Shown piece by piece: positions 1-12,118 of a DNA stretch of 64,000 nucleotides. Numbering within the stretch: the stretch's first letter is position 1; every line of letters begins with the position of its first letter. Below the pieces are notes generated by a model. That model saw only the letters and a program-made list of their open reading frames with translations, was not told where the DNA came from and did no database searches. The stretch lies in the NCBI RefSeq assembly GCF_018977255.1, contig NW_024704755.1, positions 9,672,001 through 9,736,000 of the forward strand, given 5' to 3'. Source of the DNA: Callorhinchus milii (Eukaryota). The position numbers and the translations under genes are program-made.

Positions 1-129
1 TTATTTAGATGGGTCGTGCCAGAATTCAAATTGATTTGAATTTAAATTAATTCTAAATGTAAAATTAACTTTATCAGATGAATAATAAAGGAACTGGTAA
101 GTCATTTAAAAGCATAATTGAGGCCATAA

Positions 130-411
130 AGTTCAGTCAGTAAATACACTACTTTACCCGGCAACGAAGCGTACAATTCCAGGTTAGATCCCTAATCGGG
201 ACAGAGCGAGCCGATCGCACCGATGGGAGGGCAGTGGGAATACCTGTGCCACAATTGGCACCAGCATCCTGGCAATGTTCCCAGTTCTGATCATTTTCCA
301 TTAATCCCGGCAGAGAGTGTGCGCACATTTGGGGGAGAATAGGCTTAGCTTTAACGGGCTCCATGGTTAAATAGATCGCCAACACTCAATAACGTGGGGT
401 CTAACACACAT
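130..411 (+). mobile_element. Ancient tRNA-derived SINE, AmnSINE2-like (5' two-thirds)
   Basis: Colinear decayed blocks: ccaggttagatccc (B-box-like), acaattggc, ctgatcattttcca, ccatggttaaatag, gccaacactca, acacacat. The same order recurs in copies at 9.9, 16.2, 33.5 and 41.8 kb. Family name from memory. Confidence 0.6.
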
Positions 412-520
412 TTATTGCTAAATATGGGTGAACCTTCACATCAGGAAAAGCCTATTATAGAGACTTAGTGAAAAAGATTGCTGTATCTAGTGATCAGAGT
501 GCATTAGACCGCAGTGACCC

Positions 521-655
521 AGGGCTCACACATAAAAATTAGCCACTTGAACAGAGGTGCTGAAAGACTACTGCTGCCCATGTAACAAACCACAGCACAA
601 GGATTTGAGGTCAGCATTACAAGGAGGAGGGTCTGAGGGAAAGAAAATCAATGGA
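521..655 (+). mobile_element. AmnSINE2-like SINE 3' end
   Basis: gggctcacacataaaaattagccacttg...gcccatgtaac...gtcagcatt...ggaggag matches the family's 3' portion. Confidence 0.55.
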
Positions 656-1180
656 AAAATTGTAAAGGAACCCCTTGCTACTNCCCCCCCGCAACAAAAA
701 AAATGATCAATTCTCTGTAAATCAACTCAAACAGGAGAAATATTTTCAAGAGTCAAAAGCATAAGACAAAATACACATTTGACCTGACAGAAGAATCTTG
801 ATTAAAATTTATCTCACAGATTGGAGAGGAACAATTGGTTCAGTACAGTAATGTCACCAGGATAAATGGGCCATGCTGTCAGGCACCTCAAGCCATGTTT
901 ACTTTACGTTTTGTAACCAGCTAAGTATTGACAATACTGGGACCAAACACGCGCTGTGATGTGCAGCGCTTTGCTAATCTGAGTATCTCACAGCTGAAAG
1001 ACCCTGTTATGCCTCAGAGTGACTGCGCTCATAATAACGGTCATGTTAACCCCCAATTGATCTGGGTTAAATACTACTTTTCCCAGCTCGTGGCCATTGA
1101 TGATCAACACAACCATGGAGGGTGCAGAGCGTTTAACCAGCCAAATCCCCCCGCACAGCTTGCCATTGAAATACACGATA

Positions 1181-1232
1181 CAAAATACAATACAAAATTA
1201 CATTGCATGTCGGGAGGATGTCCCAAGGTGCT
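1181..1232 (-). mobile_element. SINE/L2 3' tail fragment
   Basis: catgtcgggaggatgtcccaaggtgct, the same tail motif as at 12.8 and 35.6 kb. Confidence 0.55.
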
Positions 1233-1480
1233 GAGAAATCACCGACTGGCAAGCTTCTCATGGCTTGTCCAGTCAGGACCACCCTACCTTAAGGTCATTG
1301 GCCCTGCAAGGTGTCTGTGGATTGAGATGGTGGAGGGGGGAACTAAATTCCACAGGATATTATAGTATAATTAATTGACAACATTTACATTGGGAAAATC
1401 CAATTCTAAATGCATTTTGTCAAAGTCACTACAGTGAGTGGCACGAGGAATCTCTCATTCTTTTAAATCATTACAAGACA

Positions 1481-1532
1481 AAATAACATTTGTATGGAGC
1501 CTTTCATGTTGGGAGGCCATCCCAAGGCGCTG
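1481..1532 (-). mobile_element. SINE/L2 3' tail fragment
   Basis: catttgtatggagcctttcatgttgggaggccatcccaaggcgct. Confidence 0.6.
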
Positions 1533-2042
1533 GTATTACCATTTAAGTGTGGTACACTGACTGTGGTGGAATTTTCCGCCACCTTGCGAGGCTTGGGGAC
1601 AGTTGATAAACTGGGTGAGGAGACACCAAAATAGATTAACCTTCAACAAGAGGGCTGGAACAATCTGAAACTCAAGGCTGGGAGGGTGGGGTGTGGGAAT
1701 TTTTACATCACTGTGACAGTGCTGTGTTGAGCTTCCACTACAAATCTTACAGCGGAGTGGATACCAATGCGGACACACCACGACACTGACCCAGCAATGT
1801 AAACAAGAGTTGTAGTGGTTCACAAGGAATGTGAAGCATTCTTCAACTGAATACAGCAATTTGTCAGGAATTCCAAACGTTTACTCTGACCACTTTGGAT
1901 TTTTTTCTTTGGGAATTCAATTAATGTTGCTTGAACTAATTTCCTCACTTCCAAAGTAGGATGCTAAGGGGAGACAGAGCACTGTTTGTTCCATCATTAA
2001 GCTGAAAGGGTGCCCCATGAAATCTTGTTCGATTTACATGTT

Positions 2043-2143
2043 AATAATCAAAATCCTTGCATCTGATACTGAGCCTTTCACGTCGGGAGCACATCTCAAA
2101 GTGTTTCACAGGATTTACTATATTTTGTAGGAGAATGCAGCAG
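2043..2143 (-). mobile_element. Deu-type SINE 3' tail
   Basis: aatccttgcatctgatac...ctttcacgtcgggagcacatctcaaagtgtttcacaggattt is the reverse complement of the family tail. Confidence 0.75.
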
Positions 2144-2540
2144 AAGTTACATGTTAAATTTGGGAATGATTTTTATATGCTAATTCTTTATGATAAAAGG
2201 ATCAGTTTAAACGGCAATTAGGGGCGCAATATTACTGTTCGAACCCAGTTATATTTTAACAGTTTCTTTTGCACTTAAAGATATTTCAGGCATTATGATA
2301 CAGGATTAGAGCAAAAAGTATTGTCTCTAATCCCTTCCAGTGTTGATTAAGTTTTCATGCATCCGAGTGTTTTACACGATACGATTTGAAACATGATAAT
2401 GTGGCTGCAACCCAAGATCCAAGTACCTGCATCTAACATTTGAGCTTGATAAGACTACCTGTTTTAGCATGGAAGGATAAGTGTAGCATTACTTACATAA
2501 CCGGGTACAGAAGTGCAAGCCTTCTCTTTTCAATAGGTAA

Positions 2541-2648
2541 AAAACATTGTGTTTCAATATAATGCCTTTCAGATCGGGAGGACATCTCAAAGCACTTCAC
2601 AGAATATAATGTATAGAGAGTAGCAACTGTGTATTTTGTAGGCGAAAA
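2541..2648 (-). mobile_element. SINE 3' tail
   Basis: gcctttcagatcgggaggacatctcaaagcacttcacagaatata...actgtgtattttgtaggcgaaa. Confidence 0.75.
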
Positions 2649-2849
2649 AGGGAAATGAGGTCTGGTAGGGGTAGTAGTTTGACTCATGTTGGGGTTCAGG
2701 AATCATTTATTTTTGTGATTAATGCTCCTTACTGCTTCTAAGATGTATATTATGTTTTTTTAAAAAAAACTTTCCTGCACAATATGTTATTCCTAATTCA
2801 CCGTACATTAAATAAGCCAGCTCTTCTGTCATTGTAATATTCCACTCTC

Positions 2850-3720
2850 CATCTCCACCCCTTCCCCCACCACCACCCACACACACACACCCTCCTCAGT
2901 TTGGTGAAGAAATGTTACTGACGTCCTCAAAAGGCTGTGGGTCTTCTTGAGGGCCAAGGGGCAGACAAAAGAGGTGCAAATGATGGTAACCCAAGTAAAG
3001 AGAACTTCCAGCAAGGAAAGCTGCTGCCGGTTGTGCTGGAGGTCATTTCACAAGTAACTAGCTGTGACTCAAAAACTATTTTACTCCCAGAGGAATGTTT
3101 AATAGTAAAAGCTTTCCAGTAAATCTGCTTCCTGAGAGCAAAGGTAAAGGGCCACATGGGGAATCAACTCTCATCAGCAGAAACTGAGCTGCACCACACA
3201 GTGCTCAGTGAAGTAAAGTCCGGAAAACAGGATTGAGATAACAACCCGGGGAGCAAAAAGGCGAGCGATGACCTGAGATCCAAGTCGGGTAAAGCTTGCC
3301 TAAACTTAGAAGAACGTGAAACTACGGCCACGGTAACTCAGCAACTTCCTCCTCCTCCTCCCCCGCCAAGACTGGCATGAATAAACTGATTGATGTTCCT
3401 CTCTCCCCTGTCACATGGACAGAATTTACTGAGCGACACACTGCAATTTATTCAGCACAAAAGGACAATGTACACTTTACTTTCAGGCAATCGTAAAGGT
3501 TAAGAACCTAGGTGTGCCTTTGGGTCACAGAGGTAAAGTAACCCAGCTGAAAACCTCCGTAGTTATGACACTTTGGATCCCTCCTCAATCATCGAGTGCT
3601 TTAACATTTGCTCAGGCAGCTCTGTCCCTTCCTCCCATTCATCTTCCTCCTCTCTTTCTCTCCCTCCCTCGCTCGCTCTCTTTCTCTCCTGTTTATTTTC
3701 TGCATTTCCTGATTTTTATC
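2850..3720. promoter_or_regulatory. Promoter/enhancer-like region
   Basis: Locally CpG-retaining and repeat-free. CRE-like tgacgtc (~2919), ETS acttcc followed by (cct)n and GC-box cccgcc (~3344-3367), long CT-rich tract (~3620-3700). Confidence 0.4.
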
Positions 3721-6179
3721 TTGAGAAAACAAAAAGCAGCTGCATCTGTGTCTTAAAACAGCAAAGGGGACTAGTGATTTGTGGACCCTAGTCTAAGCTG
3801 TGAAGCAATGCAGGGAGTGTCGGATAGCCAGTCTGCAGAGCTGTATTTCTAATCAGCTAAAATGCATAGAAAAGTCAGTCGTTTTTTTTTGTGCATTCTT
3901 AACCTTCTGTCTTATCAATGGATCGCTGGTTAGCTTAGAACCACACAAACACAAAAGCGAGCTGCCATGTGGTGTTTGATGACAATAATGGCTGTTTATA
4001 AGCCTAATCCATCACATTTAGTAGACATTTCCATTTTTGTCCCTTGAAAAGGTATAAATAATAAAAATGCAGATCTCAACAGAGAAATGTCTTGGTAAAT
4101 ATTTTAACTACTTATATCATTTGCACTGATGACAAAAGAAACATCTGTGCAAGCGATGGCAGGGGCTCATAAACATGAAAATGGTTGCAGATGGCTTCCC
4201 AAACGTAGGCGCCAATAAACATTAAATATGTAAAACTATATATCATTTAGTAACAGTGACCTTCCCATTATAATTTATTGCATATACACTCAGATGTTTT
4301 GGCACAATGTTAAGATTGTTCAGTTTACAGACCACAGCTCTCCTAAAAAAACTTACCTGCTCTGAGATCGAGGCATGATAATTTACACTGTTTTGCACAT
4401 TTAATTACCCCCTCTTTGTTTTTTCTGTGGGCTGTGACCCTGTTAGAGCCCCACACAAGCAGGCCCAGGAAGTGCAGGTCACATTACAAACTACATTAGT
4501 TTTCGTAATTACATTGACTTTTTTTTGTCCTGAATTGGTCTACTGCTTATTCCACCAACTGGCACCGTCTCTTTGTTAATAACAAATGGCTCCAACAGTT
4601 ATCTCATCAAGTCTCACCACTAACTGCAGATGAAATATGAGTGGCATAGGTAAAGTAACAATCCGTGACTTTAATAAAACATTCCAACCTAATGTTGTTT
4701 CAGAATATTATCAGCAATTACTGTGTATCAACTACAAAGCAGATATTTCATTCCCTTTGCTCTCCCATGACCCAATGTACAAGAACCGGAGCCAGGACGA
4801 GTAAAAAAAAATCCTAATATGGCATTTGTCATTTCAATAGCTTTGGTTTGAATCCTATTACATTAAGATCACAAACGTAAGATGTTTCCGAGACCAAGTC
4901 CGAAGTCCCATTCCATTAATGGTGCACGTAGCTATCTGCTCTATTGTTCATGAAGTCTTGTTAAAGGTTACGTGCCAAATGCTAAATGTAATCTGAACTG
5001 GCAAATTTGGATTATTTTGAAAGGGACCAAATGTGGCCAAAATTCAGAGTTGGTTGAATTGAAACATGTTTCAGATAGTTTTCAATTTTAAAAGCAGAAT
5101 CATAGAGAGGCACTGATACCCAGCCCCACTGCTGTGGCAGGATCATATTGGTTTTGGTTTTGAGATCAGTGGGCACAAATACATTTGTTGAGCTCAAAGT
5201 TTCAGATCAATGCTCACTTGGAGTAAACCTTCATGAGGTTTCTTTCGGTGCCTGAACCACCTGTGCTTCTGTTCTGCGTGACTTCACGTAATGGAATTTT
5301 CCTAATGATATAACAGAAATGATCATGAAAGTCCTATGTTTTGGATGGGTACATTCCTGCATTGTCTAATATCCTGGCAGCTGTCACCCTGTGAAAATGT
5401 AGGGAAAATGGGCCAGGAATGGAACACATCAGCCCAGAAAGAGCTCCGGTCCCTGGTGTAAACAGTCTATAAGCTGCTCTGCTTCTGTTCCCAACCTGTT
5501 TGCACAACTAAAGATGGACTCAGGCTGGATCAGTGACAGGCTATTGTCAAGATCATAAATAGAATGCCTGACAGATGCACAATGCACGGCACTGAAATCT
5601 ATCCTTCTCCCCCCATTTCAATCAGAAAGGTAATTTTATAAATAATAATGCTTACTTTTGATGTAGCGATATTACAAATAATTTCCAAGAAGTTGTTTTG
5701 GCAGGAACAGACAATTTCCTTTATTAGCCTGGCTGGCAGCACGCCACACAGTGACGCGAGACTTGTTTACACTGAACTCTAATGTCATGTCCGACATCAA
5801 AATGCAGTATAATACTTGTGTTCAGATCTAAATCAGGTGACAACTCACTAGATTTTGTGCCCCGTATTGCATACATTGCACTCCCGACAGCAGCTTCAAT
5901 AGGAATGGCATTCAGAGGCTCTCCTCAGTAGTAACTTTTCCCAAACTGGGTGCAATCTATCCGAGCACTCAGTCTGGGTGTGAGAGTCAGTTCATGTGAG
6001 TTTTTCATTGTTATTAGAAAACAGCAAGAAGCTGATATCAGGTGTTTACACCACATGCTGTGCTTGACCTGAAGAATCTCCTGCTTTATAAGCCAGCCTA
6101 GCCCCAAGGCCATGATCTATGGTGAGGGGGGGAGAAATAAAAAAAGTGGTAGGGAAAGGATATACTGCGCATGTTTAAA

Positions 6180-6500
6180 TAAAAGCAGTTGATAGTTTAC
6201 TACGCTGAGTGATTCCGCTGCAAAATTATAACAAACATGAATTTGCAGCCAAAGTACTGTAGAAATGAGACTTCAATTACCTTGATAACAGTGGCGGGTC
6301 TGTCTGAAGCCACACGCTGTCCTGGTGGATTTGTGCCACTCCACTGGCAGACTGGGAGAATGACGGGGAGAGAAACAGTGTGCCTCACTTCACGAGACCA
6401 AGCAGCGATTGTTTTGATTAGAATTAACTAATAGATGTGTATAATTTTCTACCCCTGTTGGTTAATTAGAGATGAGCTCAACGAAATCCCAGCGTATTCA
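6180..6500. promoter_or_regulatory. Candidate conserved non-coding element
   Basis: Repeat-free, CpGs retained, homeodomain-type tgatta/aattaa/taatta motifs. Conservation not checked. Confidence 0.25.
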
Positions 6501-6575
6501 CTTACTTTTAAAGGGACACAGTGGGGAATTAACATTGTTTTTACTCGCTCTAATTTTGAAATGTGGAATTCATCC

Positions 6576-6633
6576 AGGCGCTATAAGGCGCTAGATCAAA
6601 TGCAAGGATTACGATTATTATTATTATTATATT
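6576..6633 (+). mobile_element. Extremely 5'-truncated SINE tail
   Basis: aggcgctataaggcgctagatcaaatgcaaggatt...(att)n. Confidence 0.7.
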
Positions 6634-8215
6634 GCGCATACACACACACGATTACTTTGCTGCTGATGCTCAAGGGAAGGGATGCGGTGATCTATCTAGT
6701 GCACTCAGCAAAAAAACAAGTGTGTTATAACCTGAGAGACTTCATTTGAGACACATCAAAGCATGGTTCCTATTAGATGAACACAACAAAAATGGTTTTA
6801 ATTGTGTGGTTTCCAAACTCTTTCCAGCTGCTTTTAGGGCATGCAATTTGCATACTTGTCTTGGATACCTGAGGCTTTGCGTGATATTTCACTAAGTGAC
6901 TGGGAACAATTGTTCCGTAATCTGTTTAAGCCAAAGAGCTATTAGACCTAACTAGTGGCCTTAAACAATGCATGAAAACCACCCGAGACATCAGCTACAA
7001 AAAAGGTTTTATACAGTAAGCCCGAACAGATTAATATTATATTGCAATTTTTTTTCCTGCCGGTGAGAACTTTCATAGATCAAGGAATTGTAATCTTTTA
7101 AAAAAAGTTTCTAACTTTATTAAAGTACATTTTAATCGATTATTAAAAAAAGTAAAAATAAATATTAGGAGTGTACAGTACAATTTTAATATTCTGTTCA
7201 ATTCTCATCTGCAAATGTAAGTCAATGAAATCATTTCTCAGCAATTGACCCATTCTAACAGAGTGATTCTGTGCAAAACCACATTAGACTTGCATAGAAA
7301 AGTTTGCTTTCAAACTCTCTGAATATTTTAGACTTTGTCAGCACAAAGGAGAGCTATTTACCGATGGGCAGAATAACGTCTAGACTTGCCAACAGTCACC
7401 GAGCAATTTGCTTTTAAATCCCGAGTCACTGGAGGAAGTCTAGGCCAGAATTCTCATCATTTTCTCAACAGTTAACATAAGGCTACAACTGTATCCAAAA
7501 AGTTAAGATATACATTAGAACACTGCAATGATTCCTAATGCAAGCCCCATTCTACAAAATAGGAAATTTTGTATACATAATCCAAAATTCCTAGTATCGC
7601 AACATTAAATAAGTGCCTCAGGCAAGCAGTTCAATGGTTAGTTTGCCCTATAGTTTTAACTGTGTAGGGAATGTCTCTCTCTTTTACACGGTTGATGGTA
7701 AATTGCAAAATACTGACAGATTTTCCTTTCAAATTTACACCCTATTTACTTCCACCATAATTTATTCTTTGAAAGTATTGTTTCAGTTTTCTCCGCTCTT
7801 CCACAAAATGAGTTTTTTTTAAAATAAAAAGAATCTGGTAACGAATTTGTTAAGTAATTATTTTATGCTTCTAGTTGCCTGTTTTTATTTTTCGAAAGTG
7901 GCAGTATCGTAAATCACTCTTTGCTTGCTGGAAGTAATATACTGTTTCCCAGAAAACACTTGCGTTAAGTTGAATGACACCTGCTTGTATTTAAAGTCTC
8001 ATTTCTGCTCCCATAACAGTAACCAGACATTTACACCTGGCAATAGATGCCGACATGCCTTCTCTCCCTCCCCCCAAAGTTCAGCAGCAGCAACCCAGCA
8101 GCAAAACTCTACCGCAGTTTTGGCGGAGGTAACGGGAAATGTTGCTCATTTTATGGAAAATTGACCCAGAGCAGTGACAAGATCAGCTGCTCCAGGAGCT
8201 CTCTGATCGGGCATT

Positions 8216-8530
8216 GATAATCCTAACATTTGTTACAGTGCCTTTCCCATCAGGAGTACGTCTCAAAGCTCTTTCCAGGCTATACTATAAAGCGTAGTGA
8301 CAGTGTATTTTTGTTTCGCTTACAAAATATAGTCGATTCACTCTGCATTATATTCTGTGAAGCACTTTGAGACGTCTCGAAGGCACTATACTAAATGCAA
8401 GGATTATTATTATAATTTTGTAGTCAAGTGCAACATGCCAGTTTGCGCACGCAACGTCCCACAAAGAGCCATGAAGTCCAATTGACACTTCTCGTGTCAA
8501 TTGGAAGGCGAATTGCTCGGATGGACACAG
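8216..8530 (-). mobile_element. Deu-type SINE 3' half, interrupted by a nested insertion
   Basis: Tail at 8216-8313 resumes at 8416 with ttttgtag...gccagtttgcgcacgcaacgtcccacaaagagcc. Confidence 0.65.
8314..8413 (+). mobile_element. 5'-truncated SINE nested in an antisense SINE
   Basis: tttcgcttacaaaatatagtcgattcac...tattctgtgaagcactttgagacgtctcgaaggcactatactaaatgcaaggattattatt. Confidence 0.8.
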
Positions 8531-8635
8531 AATCTCTGCAGCAATGCATCACTCATCTGAAGCAACAGCAAACAAACAAAAACATTATTTTTTTTGAAAA
8601 AAAGTATCACTTACCCGGTGGGTGAACAAACAATT

Positions 8636-8653
8636 CACTGCACTCTAGTGGCG
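8636..8653 (-). promoter_or_regulatory. CTCF-like motif
   Basis: Reverse complement cgccactagagtgcagtg vs consensus CCACYAGRKGGCRSY: one mismatch, at an important G. Confidence 0.3.
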
Positions 8654-8774
8654 ATTGACCTCAACAGCATGTTCAGCGCACAAAAGTTCGCCAGCCTTTC
8701 TTTACTTGCACATTGATCTTTTTTCTCAAAGAGACACCGAAAGCCAGCCCGCATGTAAATGCATGCAGTAACAT

Positions 8775-9129
8775 AAGCAACTCTCGTAGTTGAGTCAAAA
8801 GGTTGTGGGTTCACGACAGTCAAGGCTGACACTCTAGTGCAGTGCTGGGGGAGTGCTACATTGTTGGAGATGCCGTCTTTTGGTTGAGACTTTGAGGTGG
8901 ACATTAAAGATCCCAGGGCAACATGAGAAGAGAACAAAGTTTCTCCCAGTGTCTTGGCCAATAATCCCCAAAATAAAATTTGTCACCAAATTCATTGGCT
9001 GTTTGTGGGACGTTGCTGTGTTCGCCTCCAAATATCAGTCACCACATTTCACAGTAAACTCCTGTGGAGCGCACTGAGACACTTCGACGACCTGATAAGA
9101 CTCGACATCCAATGCAAAGGATTATTATA
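8775..9129 (+). mobile_element. Near full-length Deu-domain tRNA SINE (SacSINE1/AmnSINE1-related)
   Basis: tgagtcaaaaggttgtgggttca head; gctgacactctagtgcagtgctg...tgccgtcttt...aaagatcccagggca...gtgtcttggccaata Deu core; aatgcaaaggattatta tail. Confidence 0.85.
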
Positions 9130-9926
9130 AGAGGGCAGTCACCACAATAAATTGGAAGAAGATTCGAAGTGTTTGCCCCCACGACGGGGGCTCAATCGAA
9201 GGCATTGTCAACGCCCGTCATCATGTCAGCTCAGACCTTTCTGGAACGTTAATTGTACAACACAAACATTACACAGTTGGTGTGGAAACTGTCTGCAAAA
9301 TGCTCATGGTATCAGATTGTAAATGAGCCCTATCTCCTGAGCAGCCGTCAATGTGTCGCCAACATTTTCAAATACATCCCATTTGCACACAATGCATTTG
9401 ACATGTGGCATCAGAATGATTATGGGTTTCAAGTACATGGAAATCTATTAGCAGGATGAGGTGGGAACAAACCAGTAATTATTTTCCTAAGTGCTGTTGC
9501 TGGAACTTGGATTGCAGCACTTTATAGAGTTAGGCCAAAAAATTGGGGTACAGGAGAATCCTACTCTGTGGTGGTGGGGAGGGCATTGAAATAGTATCTA
9601 TTTACCACCATGCTATGATAATAATAATATTAAGGACTAATCTGCAGCCAATTTCTAATTCAATTCCCTAATAAAAAAACAGTAAGTTACGCTGACTTGG
9701 AGCAGAGTTCTCACAAGTATGCATGGATGTGATGTACTTTGAATCCTCACTCAGTGTCCTTATTAAAGAATCCAGTTAGAAATCATCGCATGTTAGACCC
9801 CATTGTTCATATGCGTGCGTAGAATTTACACCCGGTGGTAAATAAAGTCATCCAGTGATGCTTTAGATGAAATAGGCTGATTTGTCACCCCAACAATTAT
9901 AAAGGAAACATTTTACAGAAGAGCTC

Positions 9927-10120
9927 TGTTTTCTTCTCTCCTCCAGGCCTGACTCATGCTGGGTTATAGTTTAAAGAGATACCAGTGGCATCTGGTATGT
10001 TGCCCAAATGGCCATTCTTCAAATGCAAGTTTAGATAGCAAGTGCCAGCGTGTTATGTAACTGTGGAGGGCATCACAGCCAAGGGCTATCCTACCTCACT
10101 GATAATCTTTACACATGCAC
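9927..10120 (-). mobile_element. AmnSINE2-like SINE 3' half
   Basis: tctctcctcc...gactcatgctggg...tgcccaaatggccattcttca...ggagggcatcacagccaag...atcctacctcac. Confidence 0.65.
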
Positions 10121-10150
10121 GCACACACACACACATACATACATACATAC
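10111..10150. repeat. (CA)n/(CATA)n microsatellite
   Basis: Seen directly. Confidence 0.85.
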
Positions 10151-10249
10151 TCCAGGAAGAATTCTGCAAAATTTTAAAGCATAATCATCAACTTTTATCC
10201 TGAGCAAATATTTTTATATATGAAAACTTAGTGTAAAATGCAACATTGT

Positions 10250-10506
10250 AATAAGAATTCTCGCATTTTGATATAGTTGACTCTCAGGCGAAAATGTCTC
10301 AGGTTTCACGTCATGAGTTGCTCTGGATTATAATGAGCTCTGTCACAACAGCAGCTAATCTGCACCAGCAAATGCCTGCAAACAGAGCTAGGACAAATGT
10401 CCAAATTAGCTAATTTGGGAGATACTTGTATCAGAAAAAGTAGGAATATTAACCAGGATACCGTGAGAATTCTCTGCTTTTCTTCAGAACAGTGTTATTG
10501 AATCTC
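10250..10506 (-). mobile_element. Old Deu-type SINE
   Basis: gcattttgatatag...gcagctaatctgcaccagcaa...aatattaaccaggataccgtgagaattctctgcttttcttca. Confidence 0.6.
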
Positions 10507-11458
10507 AAGTCAATACTCAGAGGAAACAAAACTTCTATCGCAAAATCAGCCCTTCCAATTTTGATTTATTCAGACTTTTAGAAAAAATTATCTCATTTGG
10601 GCCTATATTTTGTATCAAAGATATCAGTAAAGCTAATACAAATAAGAAGATAAAATTAAACCAACCTTATCTAAACCGATCAGCACTCTTTACAATAGAG
10701 ACAAGGTGTCAAGCTGCACAAATAATACTGTATACAGCGGATGGTAAGGGATTTTCTTTTATTAAATTGATGTCTTCCTTTTTTCAATAAGAAAAAAAGT
10801 TATTTGGGATCAGCCACCATCCCCCCAGGCCCCACAGGGAGAGAGAAAAAAAAGACCTGAGAGGAAATTGTCAGCTAGATCAGTGCAGTGACCCATGTCC
10901 AAATGGATGGATAAAACTGTCAGAGACACTTTAATGAAGTTTATAAGTGGACCAAAGAAAAGCTGGCTACTATCATGTGGTTCATGAAGGCAGCTGGAAG
11001 CAGAGCTGGCTCCATCGAGCCAGCCAAACCGGCTGAGTAGAGAACCACCCAACTGCTTGCCACAAAGCACAACAAATTGGGATTACAGTACTTTTGTGCA
11101 CGCTTATTCCCTTTCCTCTATCCCCTTACACGATCCTGGTGTGAGGCAATCAATATTTTACACTCTTGGACTGAAGTCAAAGTTACAAAAGTATATATAT
11201 TTTAAAAATGTAGCTTTTTAAAAATTACAAATGAAACTTCTCCTGCTAGGTGACAGTATAGACACATCTACTTTCTGGTATAATATACAAACTGGCAGGA
11301 ATAGTAAAATATACATGTTACATGCTTGTTATGCTACAAATCTCTACACGTGTTCAAATTCTATATAAGTAGTTTAAAGCTGCTTTTACCATTTTGACTG
11401 AAACTTCGGGACAGGAACTTGAGATTCCAACCTGGATACCTCACAGCTAAATAAAATA

Positions 11459-11611
11459 CTAATGATCCTTACATTTGATAAAGATCCTTTCACATTGGGA
11501 GAACGTGCTTCACAGGATTTACCGTAATGTATAATGACTGTATTTTTTAGGTAAATGAGGCAGCCAATTTGCATACCGCAATGTCCCATAAACAGCCATA
11601 AAGTGAATGAC
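11459..11611 (-). mobile_element. Deu-type SINE 3' part
   Basis: atccttacatttgata...gcttcacaggattt...gcagccaatttgcataccgcaatgtcccataaacagcc. Confidence 0.8.
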
Positions 11612-11996
11612 ACGTAAGTAAAGCCTTATGCAGAGCACAAAATGGTGTTAGCAGTAATTGATAACTATAACTTTAGTAAGGAAATATCAAACGCAGGGAC
11701 TATTATTTGTTTATAATGTTTGGATTTTTTGGTCACAGATGGAGGGAAGGGTCATGTAGAACTGCACCAAAGCACAGATCGACAGGCGTGAGGGCCACAG
11801 TAGTCCTCGCTCTCTTAAGGCCTAGATACAGTCATCTAGTCTGATGCCAGATATCCTTCTTCAGTGGGGATTTCATAAAGATCTATATAACCTAAATATC
11901 TCTTCATCCTAACCTCTCTAAAGAATGAATCAAGCATTTTTGTCCGCAACGACCACAGCCTTATCATTGTTCTAAATGGGATACCACAAGGAGAAG

Positions 11997-12118
11997 AGAA
12001 CCATAGAAATTTACAACACAGAACAAGACCATTTGACCCATGGTGGTCTGCCGTGTCTCTCTGAAAGAGCAATCCATTCAGTCCCATTTACCTGCCTTTT
12101 CTCCATATCCCTGTAAAT
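11997..12118 (-). mobile_element. CR1 LINE 3' end
   Basis: catagaaatttacaacacagaacaagaccatttgacccat...ctctctgaaagagcaatcca...ttttctccatatccctg is the CR1 3'UTR in reverse. Confidence 0.75.

Noticed and set aside
928-1365. 145-aa ORF
   Set aside because: Non-ATG start, crosses a SINE tail, no recognisable homology.
3238-3380. Protein-looking frame ending TQQLPPPPPPPRLA*
   Set aside because: An in-frame TGA lies just upstream, there is no ATG or good acceptor, and the polyproline comes from a (CCT)n promoter-like tract.
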